Positions 63,603-64,000 of a stretch of DNA of 64,000 bases are shown here, one piece after another (the stretch's first letter is position 1; the number at the start of each line of letters is the position of its first letter). Under the pieces are notes generated by a model. The model saw nothing but the letters and a program-made list of their open reading frames with translations. It searched no databases and was not told the DNA's origin. Source of the stretch: Mobula hypostoma (lineage: Eukaryota); the NCBI RefSeq assembly GCF_963921235.1, contig NC_086106.1, positions 25,172,001-25,236,000 of the forward strand, read 5' to 3'. Position numbers and translations under genes: made by a program.

Positions 63603-64000
63603 ATGGCAAACTGCCTCGCGCAGGTCCTCATTATTGTGTTCCTTCTGGGTAAGATATTCCTTCACTGTGTTATTCCAGATCTTCCTAATTATCAGTAACC
63701 ACGTGTTTTTCTCTCTATTTAAGTAACATACTGTTCCAAGTAAAATTTATGATGTGTTATTTATTTTACTGTTAGACTGGAGCCGTGAAGACGCAGTGGA
63801 ACAGTCAGTAGTTGCAATGACGTTTGAAGAAGAAAGTAATATTACCCTAAACTGTACATTGAAAACAAGCAATGCATCCCCGTATGTTTTCTGGTACAGG
63901 CAGCGCACCGGACAGCGACCACAGTATTTAATTCGGATTATCGCCGGAAAAGTATACCGAAATGAGCATGTAACCGACCGACTATTTGCCTCCTATGATA
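63603..64000 (+). CDS. TRAV: V segment V6, B-type, truncated by the window end (leader 63603-63648, V exon from 63776)
   Basis: Leader MANCLAQVLIIVFLL, 127-bp intron, open V frame up to RLFASYD. Confidence 0.9.

Larger units (their letters stand above)
56516..64000 (+). repeat. Tandem segmental duplication, copy 3 (incomplete, runs off the window)
   Basis: Collinear with 17233-24710 and 36868-44355. Confidence 0.95.

Noticed and set aside
1-64000. D, J or constant-region segments, NAR-TCR supporting V or IgH-like V, CRISPR arrays
   Set aside because: No 12-spacer RSS with an FGxG motif and no C exon were found. The intact Vs have leaders and no extra V-domain Cys. There is no repeat-spacer array, and the DNA is vertebrate.

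Overview
Vertebrate genomic DNA, most likely from a cartilaginous fish (inferred from the CR1/Penelope/SINE/LTR repeat types and the V-segment motifs, not proven). The window is a germline T-cell-receptor alpha/delta-type V-segment array. It has five complete leader-intron-V-RSS genes and a sixth cut by the window end, all on +. Each has a 46-bp leader exon and a 127-bp intron; the five complete ones have a 302-bp V exon and a CACGGTG/22-bp/ACAAAAAC(C/A)-type RSS. No D, J or C segments were found. The array is built from ~9-13 kb one-gene units of two types: A (V1, V3, V5) and B (V2, V4, V6). A ~19.65-kb two-gene block is tandemly repeated three times (17233-36867, 36868-56515, 56516-end). Hand translation suggests the apparent spacer DNA of each unit is tiled with roughly ten heavily decayed V relics in both orientations, about one every 300-500 bp. 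The ORF track misses these; support varies from strong to weak and needs an HMM check. Other notable points: a forward CTCF-like motif 24-25 bp behind every RSS, promoter motifs overlapping the 3' end of a V relic, Penelope insertions with hammerhead ribozymes (one composite carrying captured pieces of the V array), a solo LTR at the same site in every unit that extends far enough to show it, and an internally deleted two-LTR element.
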